Assembly (NCBI GenBank): GCA_963818245.1
Contig: CAWFSD010000001.1
Location: 2,749-66,748 of the forward strand
Source: an uncultured Planctomycetota bacterium
Lineage (GTDB): Bacteria > Planctomycetota > UBA11346
Reading direction: 5' to 3'
DNA length: 64,000 bases
Position numbers and translations under genes: made by a program. Every line of letters begins with the position of its first letter. Positions within the stretch are counted from its first letter, which is position 1. The notes beneath the pieces were generated by a model that saw only the letters and a list, made by a program, of their open reading frames with translations, was not told where the DNA came from and did not search any database. Below, piece by piece: positions 1-13,254 of this stretch.

Positions 1-344
1 TCCGCGACCTTCATTCCCTGCCGCATGAGCCGCGCTGCCGCCGCGCGGCCGACATCGTGCTCGGCGACCCGACCGGGTTGCACGAGATCGAGACGCTGGC
101 GCGCGAAGTCGGCACCTCGGCGCGGACGCTGTCGCGGCTGTTCTCATCGGAGACGCAACTGAGCTTCAAGAGCTGGTGCCAGCGCGCGCGGATCGCGGCG
201 GCGATCGAAAAACTGTCGATGGACGCCAATGTCTCGGTCAAGCAACTCGCCTCCGATCTCGGCTATGCCAGCGTGCCGGCGTTTTCGCATGCGTTTCGGC
301 AGGTCACCGGCAAAACCCCGACCGAGTTTTCGGCGAAACAATGA
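1..344 (+). CDS. AraC/XylS-family transcriptional regulator, C-terminal HTH domain (5' end lies outside the window)
   Basis: The frame is open from base 3. The translation ...HEIETLAREVGTSARTLSRLFSSETQLSFKSWCQRARIAAAIEKL...LGYASVPAFSHAFRQVTGKTPTEF is the typical double-HTH AraC signature. Stop at 342-344. Confidence 0.8.
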   Translation, partial: RDLHSLPHEPRCRRAADIVLGDPTGLHEIETLAREVGTSARTLSRLFSSETQLSFKSWCQRARIAAAIEKLSMDANVSVKQLASDLGYASVPAFSHAFRQVTGKTPTEFSAKQ

Positions 345-519
345 GGGCGATCTGGACGTGCCGACAAGTCTGCGTCATCAGCGCACGACAAACAGGCATG
401 CCCGGCAATGACGGCTGGGCGGTTTTGCGCTAGGCTGTCATGCGCGCTTGATTGTGACCAACTTCGCCATAAATGAAGTAACAATCCCATCCCACCCGGT
501 TTGGATTCGACCCACCCCA

Positions 520-1865
520 TGGCCAACGCCTTTTTCTCCGATCTGCTTTCCACGATTTCCGAGCGAAGCCGCACACTGCTGCGGCGCGGGAACCGTCCGA
601 CGACAAACAGGACGCCTCCGACCTGATCGAAATCTGCGAGGCGCTGCTGTCGGGCCGGGGCGAAGTTTCCCGGTACCGCGATGGCCCGCGAGGTGCTCGA
701 CCGCTATCATCACCTCGATGCGGCCGGCCGGCTCGCCTTCTTCCAGACGCTGGCGCGCGACTACGGCCCGGACCGCGAAAAGCTGTCCCATGCCATCGAG
801 ACCTGGCGCGCGCAGCCCAGCGACGACGACGCCAGCGATCTGCATTTCGCGTCCGAACCGCGGCGGCAGGAACTGATCCGGCGGCTCAACCGCGCGCCGG
901 GCGGCACCGGCGAACTGGTGGCGATGCGAGCGGATTTGCTCGGCATCACTAAGGACAAAAAGCACCTCGCCGCGCTCGACCGCGACATCGTGCATCTGCT
1001 GTCTTCATGGTTCAACAGGGGATTTCTCGTGCTGCGCAGGATTGACTGGTCGAGTCCCGCCAACATCCTCGAAAAGATCATTCGCTATGAGGCGGTGCAT
1101 GAAATCCGTGACTGGGACGATCTGCGCCGCCGCGTCGATTTGGTCGATCGGCGCTGTTACGCGTTCTTCCATCCGCGTTGCTCGACGAGCCCCTGATTTT
1201 CGTCGAGGTGGCATTGACCGAGTCCATTCCGGGCGCGATCGCGCCGCTGCTGGCCGAAGACCGCCCGCCGGTGGCCATCGAGCGGGCCCGTACCGCGGTG
1301 TTCTATTCGATTTCGAACACCCAGCGCGGCCTTGGCGGGTTTCGTTCGGCAACTTCCTGATCAAGCAGGTGGTCGAGGAATTGCAGCGCGAATTGCCGAA
1401 ACTGGACAATTTCGTGACCTTGTCGCCGGTGCCGGGCTTGAGCGATGGTGAAGGGGTGCAGCGACCTTCCGGTATCTGATGAGGCCGCGCGCTGCTCGCA
1501 AGCTGGATGAACCGGATTGGGTCGAGAATGCCGAACTTGCCGGCCAACTGCGTTCGGTCCTTGAACCGCTCGCGGCGCATTATTTTCTGAAAGCGCGCAC
1601 GCCGAAGGGACGGCTGATCGATCCGGTGGCGCGCTTCCATCTCGGCAACGGCGCGCGGCTGGAACGCATCGACTGGCTCGGCGACCTCTCCTCGAAAGGC
1701 TTGCGCGAATCCGCGGGCATCATGGTCAACTATCTCTATCGTCTCGACGATATCGAAAAGAACCACGAAGCCTACGCCAACCGCGACGAGATCGCCGCAT
1801 CGAGCGCGGTGAAGAAATTGCTCAAGCCGGAAGGCCGGCGGTTGCTGGATATGCGGCTGTCGTGA
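520..1865 (+). CDS. Malonyl-CoA decarboxylase (MCD/MatA family), interrupted by several frame changes
   Basis: Colinear pieces lie in different frames: 520-~600 (MANAFFSDLLSTISERS), 681-1196 (..RRIDWSSPANILEKIIRYEAVHEI..), 1178-1360 (DEPLIFVEVALT..FYSISNTQRGL), ~1340-1479 (SFGNFLIKQVVEEL..FVTLSPVPG) and 1479-1865 (..ARFHLGNGARLERIDWLGD..MVNYLY). There are at least four frame switches. Confidence 0.75.
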
Positions 1866-2003
1866 CCGATGCAAACGTGCCGTCATTCCGGTACAGCCCG
1901 AAGCAGCGCGTCAAAGACGCGCGGTGGCACATCTGCAAGTTCCGGGATTCTCGGGTCGTGTTTTCAACGTTCCCGGAATGAACCTTGGCCTTAGCTGCGT
2001 TCG

Positions 2004-2769
2004 CTACCCCGCCAAGGCCTTCATTTCCTTGTATAGATCGGATTTTTCCTCGAAACCAATGCCCGGCAAATCCGGCATGGTGATGTGACCGTTCTCGACG
2101 CGAACGCCATCCGGGAAGCCGCCATAGGGCTGGAACAGATCGGGGTAGCTCTCGTTGCCGCCCAGCCCAAGGCCAGCCGCAATATTGAGTGACATCTGAT
2201 GGCCGCCATGCGGGATGCAGCGGCTCGGCGACCAGCCCAAGGTTTGCAGCACGCCGAGCGTGCGCTGATATTCGCAGAGCCCATAGGACAGCGCGCAGTC
2301 GAACTGCAGCCAGTCGCGGTCGGGCCGCATCCCGCCGTAGCGGATCAGGTTGCGCGCGTCCTGGTGGCTGAACAAGTTTTCACCGGTCGCCATCGGGCCC
2401 GGTAAGATCCGCCAATGCGGCCTGAAGCTGGAAATCCAGGGGATCGCCGGCTTCTTCATACCAGAACAACGGATAGTCGCGCAGCATCTTGGCGTAGGCC
2501 ACGGCGGTCTCGAGATCGAAGCGGCCATTGGCATCGACGGCGAGTTGTGCCTGGCTGCCGATCTCCTTCAATACAGCTTCGATGCGCTCGCGATCATCCG
2601 CGATCGGCGCGCCGCCGATCTTCATCTTCACGACGTTGTAGCCGCGATCAAGATAGCCGCGCATTTCGCCGCGCAGCGCCGACAGATCCTTGCCGGGATA
2701 ATAATAGCCACCGGCGGCATACACGAACACGCGTGGATCGGCGGCGCGACCGTGACGCTCGGCCAGCAA
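2004..2769 (-). CDS. Enolase-superfamily enzyme (mandelate racemase/muconate lactonizing family, D-tartrate-dehydratase-like), barrel domain only
   Basis: 2380-2769 reads ..YNVVKMKIGGAPIADDRERIEAVLKEIG..LAVDANGRFD..FWYEEAGDPLD and 2004-2534 reads ..MATGENLF..IPHGGHQMSLNIAAGLG... This gives the KxK motif and acid-ligand motifs of the MR subgroup. One frame change lies near 2390-2400. The N-terminal capping domain is missing, and the frame runs into the composition break at ~2.78 kb. Confidence 0.7.
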
Positions 2770-2918
2770 GCGAAATAGCGGCCGCTGAGCTACTTGCGGA
2801 AGGTGGCGCGCATCGACGCCATCGCGGCGCGCGTGCTCGCGCGCGCATCGGCGAGGCCGCGCGCCAGCGCATCGACAAGCTGAACGACGACTTCCGCGTG
2901 GTCATCACCTTCACCGGC

Positions 2919-4543
<1,625 letters not shown>

Positions 4544-4591
4544 GCGTCGCCGCGCGACCTCCGCGGCTGCCCTCCCCCGCCACGACACCCC

Positions 4592-5348
4592 ATGCTCACC
4601 ATCACCGACCTGCACGTCTCCACCAACGACCAGCCCATCCTCAAGGGCCTGTCCCTGACCGTGCCGCGCGGGCGAGGTCCACGCCGATCATGGGGCCCAA
4701 CGGCTCGGGCAAGAGCACCCTGACCAAGACCATCGCCGGGCACCCGGCGTACCAGGTCACCGTCCGGGTCGCTGCAGTTCCAGGGCCGCGACCTGGCCGG
4801 GCTCGAGCCCGAGGCGCGCGCGCACTTGGGGCATCTTCATCGGCTTCCAGTACCCGGTCGAGGTGCCGGGCGTGAACAACGCCGACTTCCTGCGCCTGGC
4901 GCTCAACGCCAAGCGCAAGGCGCAGGGGCAGGCCGAGCTCGGCGCCAAGGAGTTCGCCCCCCTGCTGGCCGAGCGCATGCGCGCGGTCGAGATCGATCCC
5001 GCCTTCAAGGACCGCCAGCTCAACGCCGGGTTGTCGGGCGGGCAGAAGAAGCGCAACGAGATCCTGCAGATGGTGGTGCTGGAGCCGCTGCTCGCGGTCC
5101 TCGACGAGACCGATTCGGGCCTGGACATCGACGCGCTGCGCGTGGTCGCGGCCGGCATCAACGCCTACCGCCGCGCCGACCGCGCGATCGTGCTGATCAC
5201 CCACTACGAGCGCCTGCTCGACCTCGTCCGCCCGGACGCGGTGCACGTGCTGGCGGGCGGGCGCATCGTCAAGAGCGGTGGGCCGGAACTGGCGGCGGAG
5301 ATCGAGCGCACGGGCTACGACGACCTGGTCAAGGCCGCGGGGGCGTGA
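4592..5348 (+). CDS. sufC: Fe-S cluster assembly ATPase SufC (about three apparent frameshifts)
   Basis: [38 protein letters not shown] (Walker A) breaks at 4670-4672, ~4765 and 4828-4831. The tail 4863-5348 carries [31 protein letters not shown]. Confidence 0.9.
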
Positions 5349-6565
5349 TGACCCCGGAACTGGAACCCTGGCTCGCCGCGCGCGCGGCGGCGCGCGCCCG
5401 CGCGACCGCGCTGGGGCTGCCCACGCCCGCGCTGGAGGACTGGCGCTACGTCGACGTGCGGCCGCTCGGCCCCGATCCGGCCACCTGGACGGCGCCGGCG
5501 GCGCTGATCGCGGCCGCCGACATCGACCGCTTCCGCCTGCCGGGACTGCCCGCGCTGGTCCTGGTCGACGGCAAGGTGGTCGAAACCCCGGCGCAGCACG
5601 CCGGGGTGGCGATCACGCCGCTGGGGAAGCTCGATGAGCCACGGCGCAGCGCGCTGCTGGCGCGCTGGACGGCGGCGCTCGCCGTCGAGGACGATGTGAC
5701 CGGATGCTGGTCCATCGCGGACTGCGCTGGCGGCGTGCACCTGGCCGCGAGCGGCGCCGCCCCCACGCCGCTGCACCTGCTGGTCCTCACCAGCGGTGGA
5801 ACGCACGGCTGCCGCATCGTGATCGAAGTGGCCCGCGGCGCCGCGCTCGACCTGGTCGTCACCCACGTCGAACTCGCCCCGGCGCGCCTCAGCATCGCCA
5901 TCGAGGCCGAGGTCGCCGCCGGCGGGCGGCTGCAGGTCGACGAAGTGCAGTGCAGCGGGCACGCCCAGCCGGCGGCCCAGCACTTCAGCCTCGCGCAGCT
6001 CGCGCTGGCGCGGGACGCCCAGGTCGCGTGGACCAGCGCGGCGCAGGGCGGCACCCTGGTGCGCCAGCGCACGGCGGCGGTGATCGCCGGGCCGGGCGCG
6101 GCGCTCGAACTCGCCGGCCTGCTGCAGCTCGCCGGGCAGCGCCAGGGGCACGTCCACACCCGCGTCCGCCACGCCGCCGGCGACGCGGTCAGCCGCCAGC
6201 TGTTCAAGACCATCGCCGACGGGCACGCGGTGGCGAGCTTCGACGGCCTGGTCGCGGTCGACGCCGGCGCCGACGGCACCGACGCCGAGCAGCGTAACCA
6301 CAACCTGCTGCTGGCCCCCACCGCGCGCGTCGACAGCCGGCCGCAGCTCGACATCCTCGCCGACGACGTCAAGGCCAGCCACGGCGCGACCGTCGGCCGG
6401 CCCGACCCGGAGGAGCTGTTCTACCTGCGCAGCCGCGGGCTGGGCGCGGAGCAGGCGGTGGCGGTGCTCAACCGCGGCTTCGCCAACGCCGTCGTCGAGC
6501 GCATGCGGAACCCCGCGGCGCGCGCGCTGGCCGAGCGCGTCCTGCTCGGCACGCTGCCGCGGTGA
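5348..6565 (+). CDS. sufD: Fe-S cluster assembly protein SufD
   Basis: The ATG overlaps the sufC stop by one base. The C-terminal half (..[47 protein letters not shown]..) is the SufBD-family signature. Position between sufC and sufS fits. Confidence 0.85.
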   Translation: MTPELEPWLAARAAARARATALGLPTPALEDWRYVDVRPLGPDPATWTAPAALIAAADIDRFRLPGLPALVLVDGKVVETPAQHAGVAITPLGKLDEPRRSALLARWTAALAVEDDVTGCWSIADCAGGVHLAASGAAPTPLHLLVLTSGGTHGCRIVIEVARGAALDLVVTHVELAPARLSIAIEAEVAAGGRLQVDEVQCSGHAQPAAQHFSLAQLALARDAQVAWTSAAQGGTLVRQRTAAVIAGPGAALELAGLLQLAGQRQGHVHTRVRHAAGDAVSRQLFKTIADGHAVASFDGLVAVDAGADGTDAEQRNHNLLLAPTARVDSRPQLDILADDVKASHGATVGRPDPEELFYLRSRGLGAEQAVAVLNRGFANAVVERMRNPAARALAERVLLGTLPR

Positions 6566-6576
6566 AGCCAGGCGCC

Positions 6577-7799
<1,223 letters not shown>

Positions 7800-8055
7800 T
7801 TGATTTGGTCAGATATCCCAGCGCGTCCCTCCCGCGATTTCCCCGGTCCAGCGGACAGGTCCAGGCGCCAGGTGGCGAGAGCGCCGGCGGCGCGGCCCGC
7901 GAGCGCCCGGGGACGCGCGCAGCCGCGCGGTCGACTGCTCCACAGGTCCTGGAGGGGCGGACCGCTCCCCGGGTTGGAGCAGCCTCGGCGGCCCCTGCTA
8001 AGCGGCCTCGGCTCCGCAGAAGTCGCACCGCCGTGGATGTGATCAAACCCGGTTG

Positions 8056-8157
8056 AATCTCCCCAAATCTCCCCATCTCCCGAATTTGCGGATTCTCCTT
8101 CGGAAGACCCGCAGCAGAATCCGCAGATTTGGGGAGATTGGGGAGATTGGGGAGATT
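8056..8157. repeat. Imperfect palindromic intergenic element (copy 1 of 2) with GGGGAGATT-type tandem arms
   Basis: The left arm gaatctccccaaatctccccatctcccgaatttgcggattct and the right arm agaatccgcagatttggggagattggggagattggggagat are near reverse complements. A second copy with the same core (aatctgcggattct / agaatccgcagatttggggagat) lies at 48101-48190. Confidence 0.8.
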
Positions 8158-8220
8158 TCGCAGATTTCAGCCGAAATCGCTGACATCCAGAGCGGAAACG
8201 AGGGGACTTGTGGGTAACGG

Positions 8221-8269
8221 GTAGGGCGTTGCCCTGGGCTACGGTAGGGGCGCGCCGTTGGCGCACTCG
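8221..8269. repeat. GC-rich repeat unit related to the arms of the nested palindrome at 61918-62126
   Basis: gtagggcgttgccctgggctacggtaggggcgcgccgttggcgcactcg matches 62080-62126 in direct orientation and 61918-61966 in inverted orientation. The shared blocks are agggcgttgccctgggct and gcgcgcc..ggcgc. Confidence 0.65.
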
Positions 8270-8414
8270 AATCCGATGCATGGAGTCTGTTGAGGCGGGT
8301 CCACGCGCGGATGGTCACAGCATCACGTGACATGCGATCCGCCGGGATGGCGACCAGACCCGGCAGGACTTCAGCCGGCAGGAGCTGCGCATACGCAGCT
8401 GTGCGCGACATGAA

Positions 8415-11072
8415 TCACGTGATCGTCGGCACCACTCCCGTCGGGCTGTCCTTGAAGTGCGCGATCTCGTGGCGGCCGCTGCCGATCTCGTCGGCGAGGC
8501 GGCGGCGCTGGTTCTGGGACAGCGACAGGCGGATGGCCTCCCAGTCGACGGCCTGGCCCTTGTCGAGCTGGACGCGGGCGATCGAGATGGCCTCGTCGTC
8601 GCTGGCGAAGTCGGCGAGCACGTCGAGCACGCGCTTGGCCTCGGCGACGCGCGTCTCGAGCTGGAGCAGGCAGATGGCGTGGCGGTAGAAGCGCTGCGCC
8701 TGGCGCTCGTCGCTGAGCGCGGCGAAGATCTCGGCGAGCTGCAGCACCAGGTCGGCGTTGCGGCTGTTGCTGGCGACCAGGCGCTGCAGCAGTTCGAGCG
8801 CGCGCTCGAACTCGCCGTGCTCGAGCAGCTGGTTGAGCAGCTCGCGGCCCTCGCTCAGCTCGCCGGCGTGGTCGCCCATGCGGCGCAGCAGCTCGACCAG
8901 CTCGTTGCGCGCCTCGAAGCCGGGGCCGCTGGACAGCGCCACGCGGCGGCGCGCGAACTCCAGGGCCAGGCCGTGGTTGGTGGTGCGCGCGCTGCTGTGC
9001 ACCACGTCGCGGTAGATGCGGTCCAGCTCCGGGTCGCCCAGGCGCTGCGCGACCTCGGCGATCTCGACGCGCACCAGCGCGTCGTCGGGGCGCAGGCGGC
9101 GGATCTGCATCAGCACGTCGCGCGCCACCGCCAGCTCGCCGGCGCCGCGCGCCAGGTCGGCGGCGGCGCGGTAGGCGAGCTGCGCGGCGACGCGGTCGCC
9201 GTCGCGGTTGGCGATCTGGGCCTCGCGGATGCAGAGCGCCAGGCTGGTCGGGCAGGCGGCGCGCGCGGTCTCGCACAGCGCGCGCGCCTCCTTGATCTGG
9301 CCGACGGCGAGCGCCGCGTCGACGGCGCGGCACCAGGTGTCGCCGGCGAGCACGTTCTGCCCGAGGCGCGCGCGCACGCCCGCGAGGCGGCGCAGGGTCG
9401 GCACGTCGGGGCCGCCGAGCTCGACCATGCGCTCGAGGGTCGCGGCCAGGGCGCCGTCGTTGCCGGACTTCTCCTGGGCGGCGGCGATGTGCTGCAGCTG
9501 CTGGGTGGCGCCGGCGCGGTCGCGGCGGCGCTCGTAGGCCATGGCCAGCCAGTCGTGGGCGCTGGTGTCGCCCGGGCTGAGCCTGGCGAGCAGCTCGTAG
9601 ACCGGGACCAGGGCGTCCTCGCTGGCGCCGACCGCGCTGAGCAGGTTGTTGCGCAGGATGGCGATGGCCTCGTCGGCGTGGTCGAGGTTGGCGAGCAGCT
9701 CGGCGCACTCGCGCGCGTACTCGCAGCGCCCGGGGACGATGGCGAGCAGCTCCTTCCAGGCGGAGACCGCCTCGGCGTTGCGGTTGCCGTACTGGGCGGC
9801 GTGCGCGGCGAGCTCGAGCTGCAGCGCGGCCTGCTCCTGGTCGCCCTCCGAGGCGGCGAGGCGCGCCAGGGTGAGCGCGGAGTGCACGGCGTCGGCGCCC
9901 AGCTCCTGCGCCTGGCGCACCGCCTTGGCGGCCTGGTCGAGGTCGGACTTCTCCTCGTAGAGCTGGGCGAGCTCGTGGAGGATGCGGATCGCCTCCTCGG
10001 GTTCGTTCATCTGGCGGTAGATGGTCAGCAGCTGGGTGAGCGGCGCCTCGCGGTTGGTGCCCAGGCGCAGCGCGCTGCGCAGCGCGACCACCGCGCCGCC
10101 CGGGTCGGTGAGGTGCGAGCAGGCGGCCATGTAGGAGTCGGCGGCGGCGGCGTTGTCGCCGAAGCGCTCGGCGAGCTCGGCGAGGTGCAGGTGGATGCGC
10201 GGGCTGTCGACGCCCACCGCCAGGGCGCGGCGGTACAGGCCGTAGGCGTCCTTGTGGCGGCCGTGCGCGTGCGCCGCGTCGGCGTAGACCACCAGCTCGG
10301 CGGGCGTGGCCGGGCGCACCAGGCCGAGCCGGCGCAGCAGGGCGAGCGCGGTGGTCGAGCGGAACGGCGGCAGCAGCGAGCGCTCGAACAGGCTGCCGGC
10401 GATCAGGCCGTCGCGCCAGCCGGCGAGGATGCGCACGGCGTCGGGGTGCAGGTCGGAGGGGATGGACAGGCCGGCATCGAGCACCAGCACGTCCCAGGTG
10501 TCGGGCACGTGCTGGGCGATGGTCTTGAGCTCGTCCTGGCGGCGCAGCGCCTCGAGCAGCAGCGAGCCGGGGCTGACCGAGACGCCCATCGCCACCTGGA
10601 GGTCGGCCCACGGGTCGGCGGGCACGTCCATGGTGAAGGACAGGCGCGGATCGGCGATGCCGACCAGCTCGGAGAAGCCCTCTTCGACGTAGCAGTCCAT
10701 CGCGTCGAGCAGGCCGTCCTTGTTGGCGATGTTGCGCGCGACGACGGTCTGCGCGAGGTGCTCGGGGCGGAAGGTCTTGCCGAGCGTGGCCAGGCAGGCG
10801 GAGAGCTGCTCGGGTGAGACCACCTCGGACCACACCAGGGCCTTGGCGAAGGTCGAGCTGGGACCGCCGCTGAGCGCGACCAGGTTGCCGTGGACGAAGC
10901 GCAGGGTGCGCTCCTCCTTGGACTCCCTGCCGTAGCGCGCCGTCATCACCCCGCTGCGCCGCTGCGAGGTGATGGATTGCACCATCCCCGCGAGGTCGAA
11001 GAGGTTGACGGCCGGGCGATCGTACTTCGACGTCATTCCTGCAGTTTCTACACATCCGTGGCGAAAGGCCAT
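8415..11072 (-). CDS. Large TPR-type helical-repeat protein with an N-terminal DUF4388/PatA-N-like domain
   Basis: An 885-aa intact ORF. The N-terminus reads ..VNLFDLAGMVQSITSQRRSGVMT..LRFVHGNLVAL. The remainder is Ala/Leu/Arg-rich with repeated A..Y..A helical-repeat periodicity. The start could instead be ATG 11036. The two long ORFs in other frames over the same DNA have Arg/Pro/Gly shadow composition. Confidence 0.7.
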   Translation of the reverse strand: MAFRHGCVETAGMTSKYDRPAVNLFDLAGMVQSITSQRRSGVMTARYGRESKEERTLRFVHGNLVALSGGPSSTFAKALVWSEVVSPEQLSACLATLGKTFRPEHLAQTVVARNIANKDGLLDAMDCYVEEGFSELVGIADPRLSFTMDVPADPWADLQVAMGVSVSPGSLLLEALRRQDELKTIAQHVPDTWDVLVLDAGLSIPSDLHPDAVRILAGWRDGLIAGSLFERSLLPPFRSTTALALLRRLGLVRPATPAELVVYADAAHAHGRHKDAYGLYRRALAVGVDSPRIHLHLAELAERFGDNAAAADSYMAACSHLTDPGGAVVALRSALRLGTNREAPLTQLLTIYRQMNEPEEAIRILHELAQLYEEKSDLDQAAKAVRQAQELGADAVHSALTLARLAASEGDQEQAALQLELAAHAAQYGNRNAEAVSAWKELLAIVPGRCEYARECAELLANLDHADEAIAILRNNLLSAVGASEDALVPVYELLARLSPGDTSAHDWLAMAYERRRDRAGATQQLQHIAAAQEKSGNDGALAATLERMVELGGPDVPTLRRLAGVRARLGQNVLAGDTWCRAVDAALAVGQIKEARALCETARAACPTSLALCIREAQIANRDGDRVAAQLAYRAAADLARGAGELAVARDVLMQIRRLRPDDALVRVEIAEVAQRLGDPELDRIYRDVVHSSARTTNHGLALEFARRRVALSSGPGFEARNELVELLRRMGDHAGELSEGRELLNQLLEHGEFERALELLQRLVASNSRNADLVLQLAEIFAALSDERQAQRFYRHAICLLQLETRVAEAKRVLDVLADFASDDEAISIARVQLDKGQAVDWEAIRLSLSQNQRRRLADEIGSGRHEIAHFKDSPTGVVPTIT

Positions 11073-11112
11073 GGCCTAACCGGCAGGGGGCGTCAGCGGT
11101 GGCGGGTGCGGT

Positions 11113-12212
11113 TCAGGGGACCCCGACGACCTCGCAGCGCCCGCGCAGCCCGCACAGGATGTCGTAGGGGATGGTGCCGGCCTGGCGGGCGAGCTCGTTG
11201 ACGCTGAGCTGCTCGCCCCCCTGGCTGCCGAACAGCACCACGGCCTCGCCCGGGCGCGGGCGGGCGGGGCAGGTCGGTGAGGTCCGACGATGCAGTAGTC
11301 CATCGTGACGCGGCCCAGGATGGGGCAGCGCTGGCCCTGGACGAGCACGGCGCCGCGGTCGGACAGCGCCAGCGGGTAGCCGTCGGCGTAGCCGACCGGG
11401 ACGATCCCGACCAGGCTGTCGCGCCGCAGCAGGCGGCTGCGGTTGTAGCTGACGCCGTGGCCGCTGGGCAGGCGCTTCACCAGGCTGAGGCTGCTGATCC
11501 AGCGCACCGCCGGCACCACGCCGGGGTTGGCGCAGCCGTCGGGGACCACGCCGGTGAGCAGCAGGCCGACGCGCACGGCGTGGGCCGGGCCGGGTGGGCG
11601 CACCAGCAGGCCTTCGGAGTTGGCGTAGTGGATCCAGCAGCCGACGGGCAGCGGCGGCAGGCGCGCGAGGAGCTCGGCGAAGCGCTGCTCCTGGTCGCCG
11701 GCGAAGGCGCCGTCGGTGGCCTGCGGGTAGTGCGAGGCGAGCCCGGCCAGGCGCAGGCCCGGCGCGGCGAGCACGGCGCGCACCATCGCCTCCGCCTCCT
11801 CGGCGCTGGCGCCGAAGCGGCCCATGCCGCTGTCGAACTTGACGTGCACCGGGTGCGGGGAGCGCGCGTCGGCGAGGTGCGCGAACTCCTGGACCTCCTC
11901 CAGGCTCGAGCAGCTGACCTCGTAGCCGCTGGCGACCACCGCCGGCCGCTCCTCGGGCAGCGGCGAGCCGAGCAGGATGATGCGCGCGTCGCCGGCGACG
12001 CGGCGCACGCGGTCGGCCTCGACCAGGGCGGCGACCGCCAGCGCGGCCACGCCGCCTTCGGCGTAGATGCGCGCGCAGCGCTCCAGGCCCAGGCCGTAGG
12101 CGTCGGCCTTGACCACGGCGATGACCTGCCGCGCGCCCGCCGCGGCGCGCACCGCGGCGATGTTGGCGCGCAGGGCGCCATAGCTGACTTCGACGCGGTT
12201 ACGCCAGGCCAT
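11113..12212 (-). CDS. alr: Alanine racemase (one apparent frameshift near the 3' end)
   Basis: ..VIAVVKADAYGLG (PLP-lysine motif)..HVKFDSGMGRFG..SHYP..VSYN..VPVGYADGY..RVTMDY. After ~11280 the frame must shift to recover ..GEAVVLFGSQGGEQLSVNELARQAGTIPYDILCGLRGRCEVVGVP with a stop at 11113. Confidence 0.85.
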
Positions 12213-12218
12213 GGTGAG

Positions 12219-12356
12219 AGTCCGGAAGCAGGAAGTCCGGGAGTCCGGGAGCGCGTGCTGGTGGAGACATTGTCTTCCTGCGCGGTCGATCATGGATTCT
12301 ACCGCGGTTCCACGGGCTGTCGACGTCCGGACGTCCGGACGTCCGGACGCCCGGAC
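12219..12356. repeat. Intergenic palindrome with GTCCGGAC-type tandem octamer arms
   Basis: The left arm is agtccggaagcaggaagtccgggagtccggga. The right arm is cgacgtccggacgtccggacgtccggacgcccggaccc, which contains three gtccggac units. It lies between the tsaB end and the alr start. The architecture matches 40889-41012. Confidence 0.7.
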
Positions 12357-13021
12357 CCTGCAGCGCGGCGCGCTGCAGTTCGCGCTGCAGCTCCGGCGCG
12401 CTGAGCTGATGGTAGGCCGGCAGGAGCTGCTCCCACCCGGTCGCGGGCTGGTGGCGGGCGGCCAGGGCCACGCCGCGGGCGGTCAGCGCGTCGGGCGGAG
12501 CCCAGGCGCGCCGCCGGGCACCAGCGTTCCGCCAGGCCGGGCTTTGCTGTGAGCGCGGGTCCGATCGCCACCGCGCCGGCGCGCAGCGGGTGCGCGGGCA
12601 GGGGCTGCCCGTCGGGCATCGCGGTGGTCGGGTCGAGGATGCGCGGCACGCCGCCGGCCACCTCGACCAGCGCCTGGAAGGTGGTGTCGCGCTTGAGCGG
12701 TGCGAGCACCCACCAGCGCCCATCGCCCGCTTCGCAGGCGCGCGCCACCAGGCTGTCGACGCCGTGCACGGGCAGCCCCTCCAGCCAGGCCAGGGTGCGG
12801 GCCGCGACCAGGCCGATGCGCAGGCCGGTGAAGCTGCCCGGGCCGGCGGCCACCGCCAGGGCGGTGGGCCGGCCGAACTCGCGGATCAGGCCGTCGAGCA
12901 GGGTGATGAGGCCCTTCTCCGCCTCGCCGCCGGCGAGGTCGCGGTAGGCCACTTCACGGCCCTGCTCATCCACCAGGCAGGCGGAGGCGCTGCGCGCGAC
13001 GGTCTCGAAGGCGAGGAGCAT
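12299..13021 (-). CDS. tsaB: tRNA t6A37 biosynthesis protein TsaB (YeaZ family); frameshifted, 3' end uncertain
   Basis: MLLAFETVARSASACLVD..AVAAGPGSFTGLRIGLVAARTLAW..PVHGVDSL. After ~12530 the sequence continues in another frame (..ALTARGVALAARHQPATGWEQLLPAYHQLSAPELQRE..). The true stop lies somewhere in 12299-12360. Confidence 0.7.
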   Translation of the reverse strand: MLLAFETVARSASACLVDEQGREVAYRDLAGGEAEKGLITLLDGLIREFGRPTALAVAAGPGSFTGLRIGLVAARTLAWLEGLPVHGVDSLVARACEAGDGRWWVLAPLKRDTTFQALVEVAGGVPRILDPTTAMPDGQPLPAHPLRAGAVAIGPALTAKPGLAERWCPAARLGSARRADRPRRGPGRPPPARDRVGAAPAGLPSAQRAGAAARTAARRAAGSGRPDVRTSGRRQPVEPR

Positions 13022-13254
13022 GGTGGGGATGATGGGTGGGGATGGAAGGTGGGTCCAGGGGGCGGGGCACGGCGCACCCATGCTCGAGTCGTGGAACAGA
13101 CGCGGGGATCCTTCCTGGGGCCGCGCGCCGCTGGCGCGCTCTCCGTCACGAGCGCGCCAGCGCGCGTGGTCCCAGGACAGGTCCAGACGGCGGTCCCACC
13201 CGTCCAGGGTACGTGGACCCGGGGACGACCGTCCCGCAGGGCGGCGCGACCCGC

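Noticed and set aside
2778-2785. A NotI site (gcggccgc) sits exactly at the compositional junction, suggesting a cloning or vector join.
   Set aside because: The same octamer occurs elsewhere in native-looking sequence, for example around 15866-15873 upstream of the operon, and is expected in DNA this GC-rich. It is not evidence for an engineered junction.
12219-12250. The string ggaagtccggg / gtccggaagcaggaag resembles the conserved GGAAGUCCGG(G) of RNase P RNA and the GUCCGGAAGGAAGCAGC of SRP RNA.
   Set aside because: Only the short motif matches. The flanks lack the remaining conserved helices of either RNA. The string is part of a tandem-octamer palindrome arm that recurs at 40889-41012.
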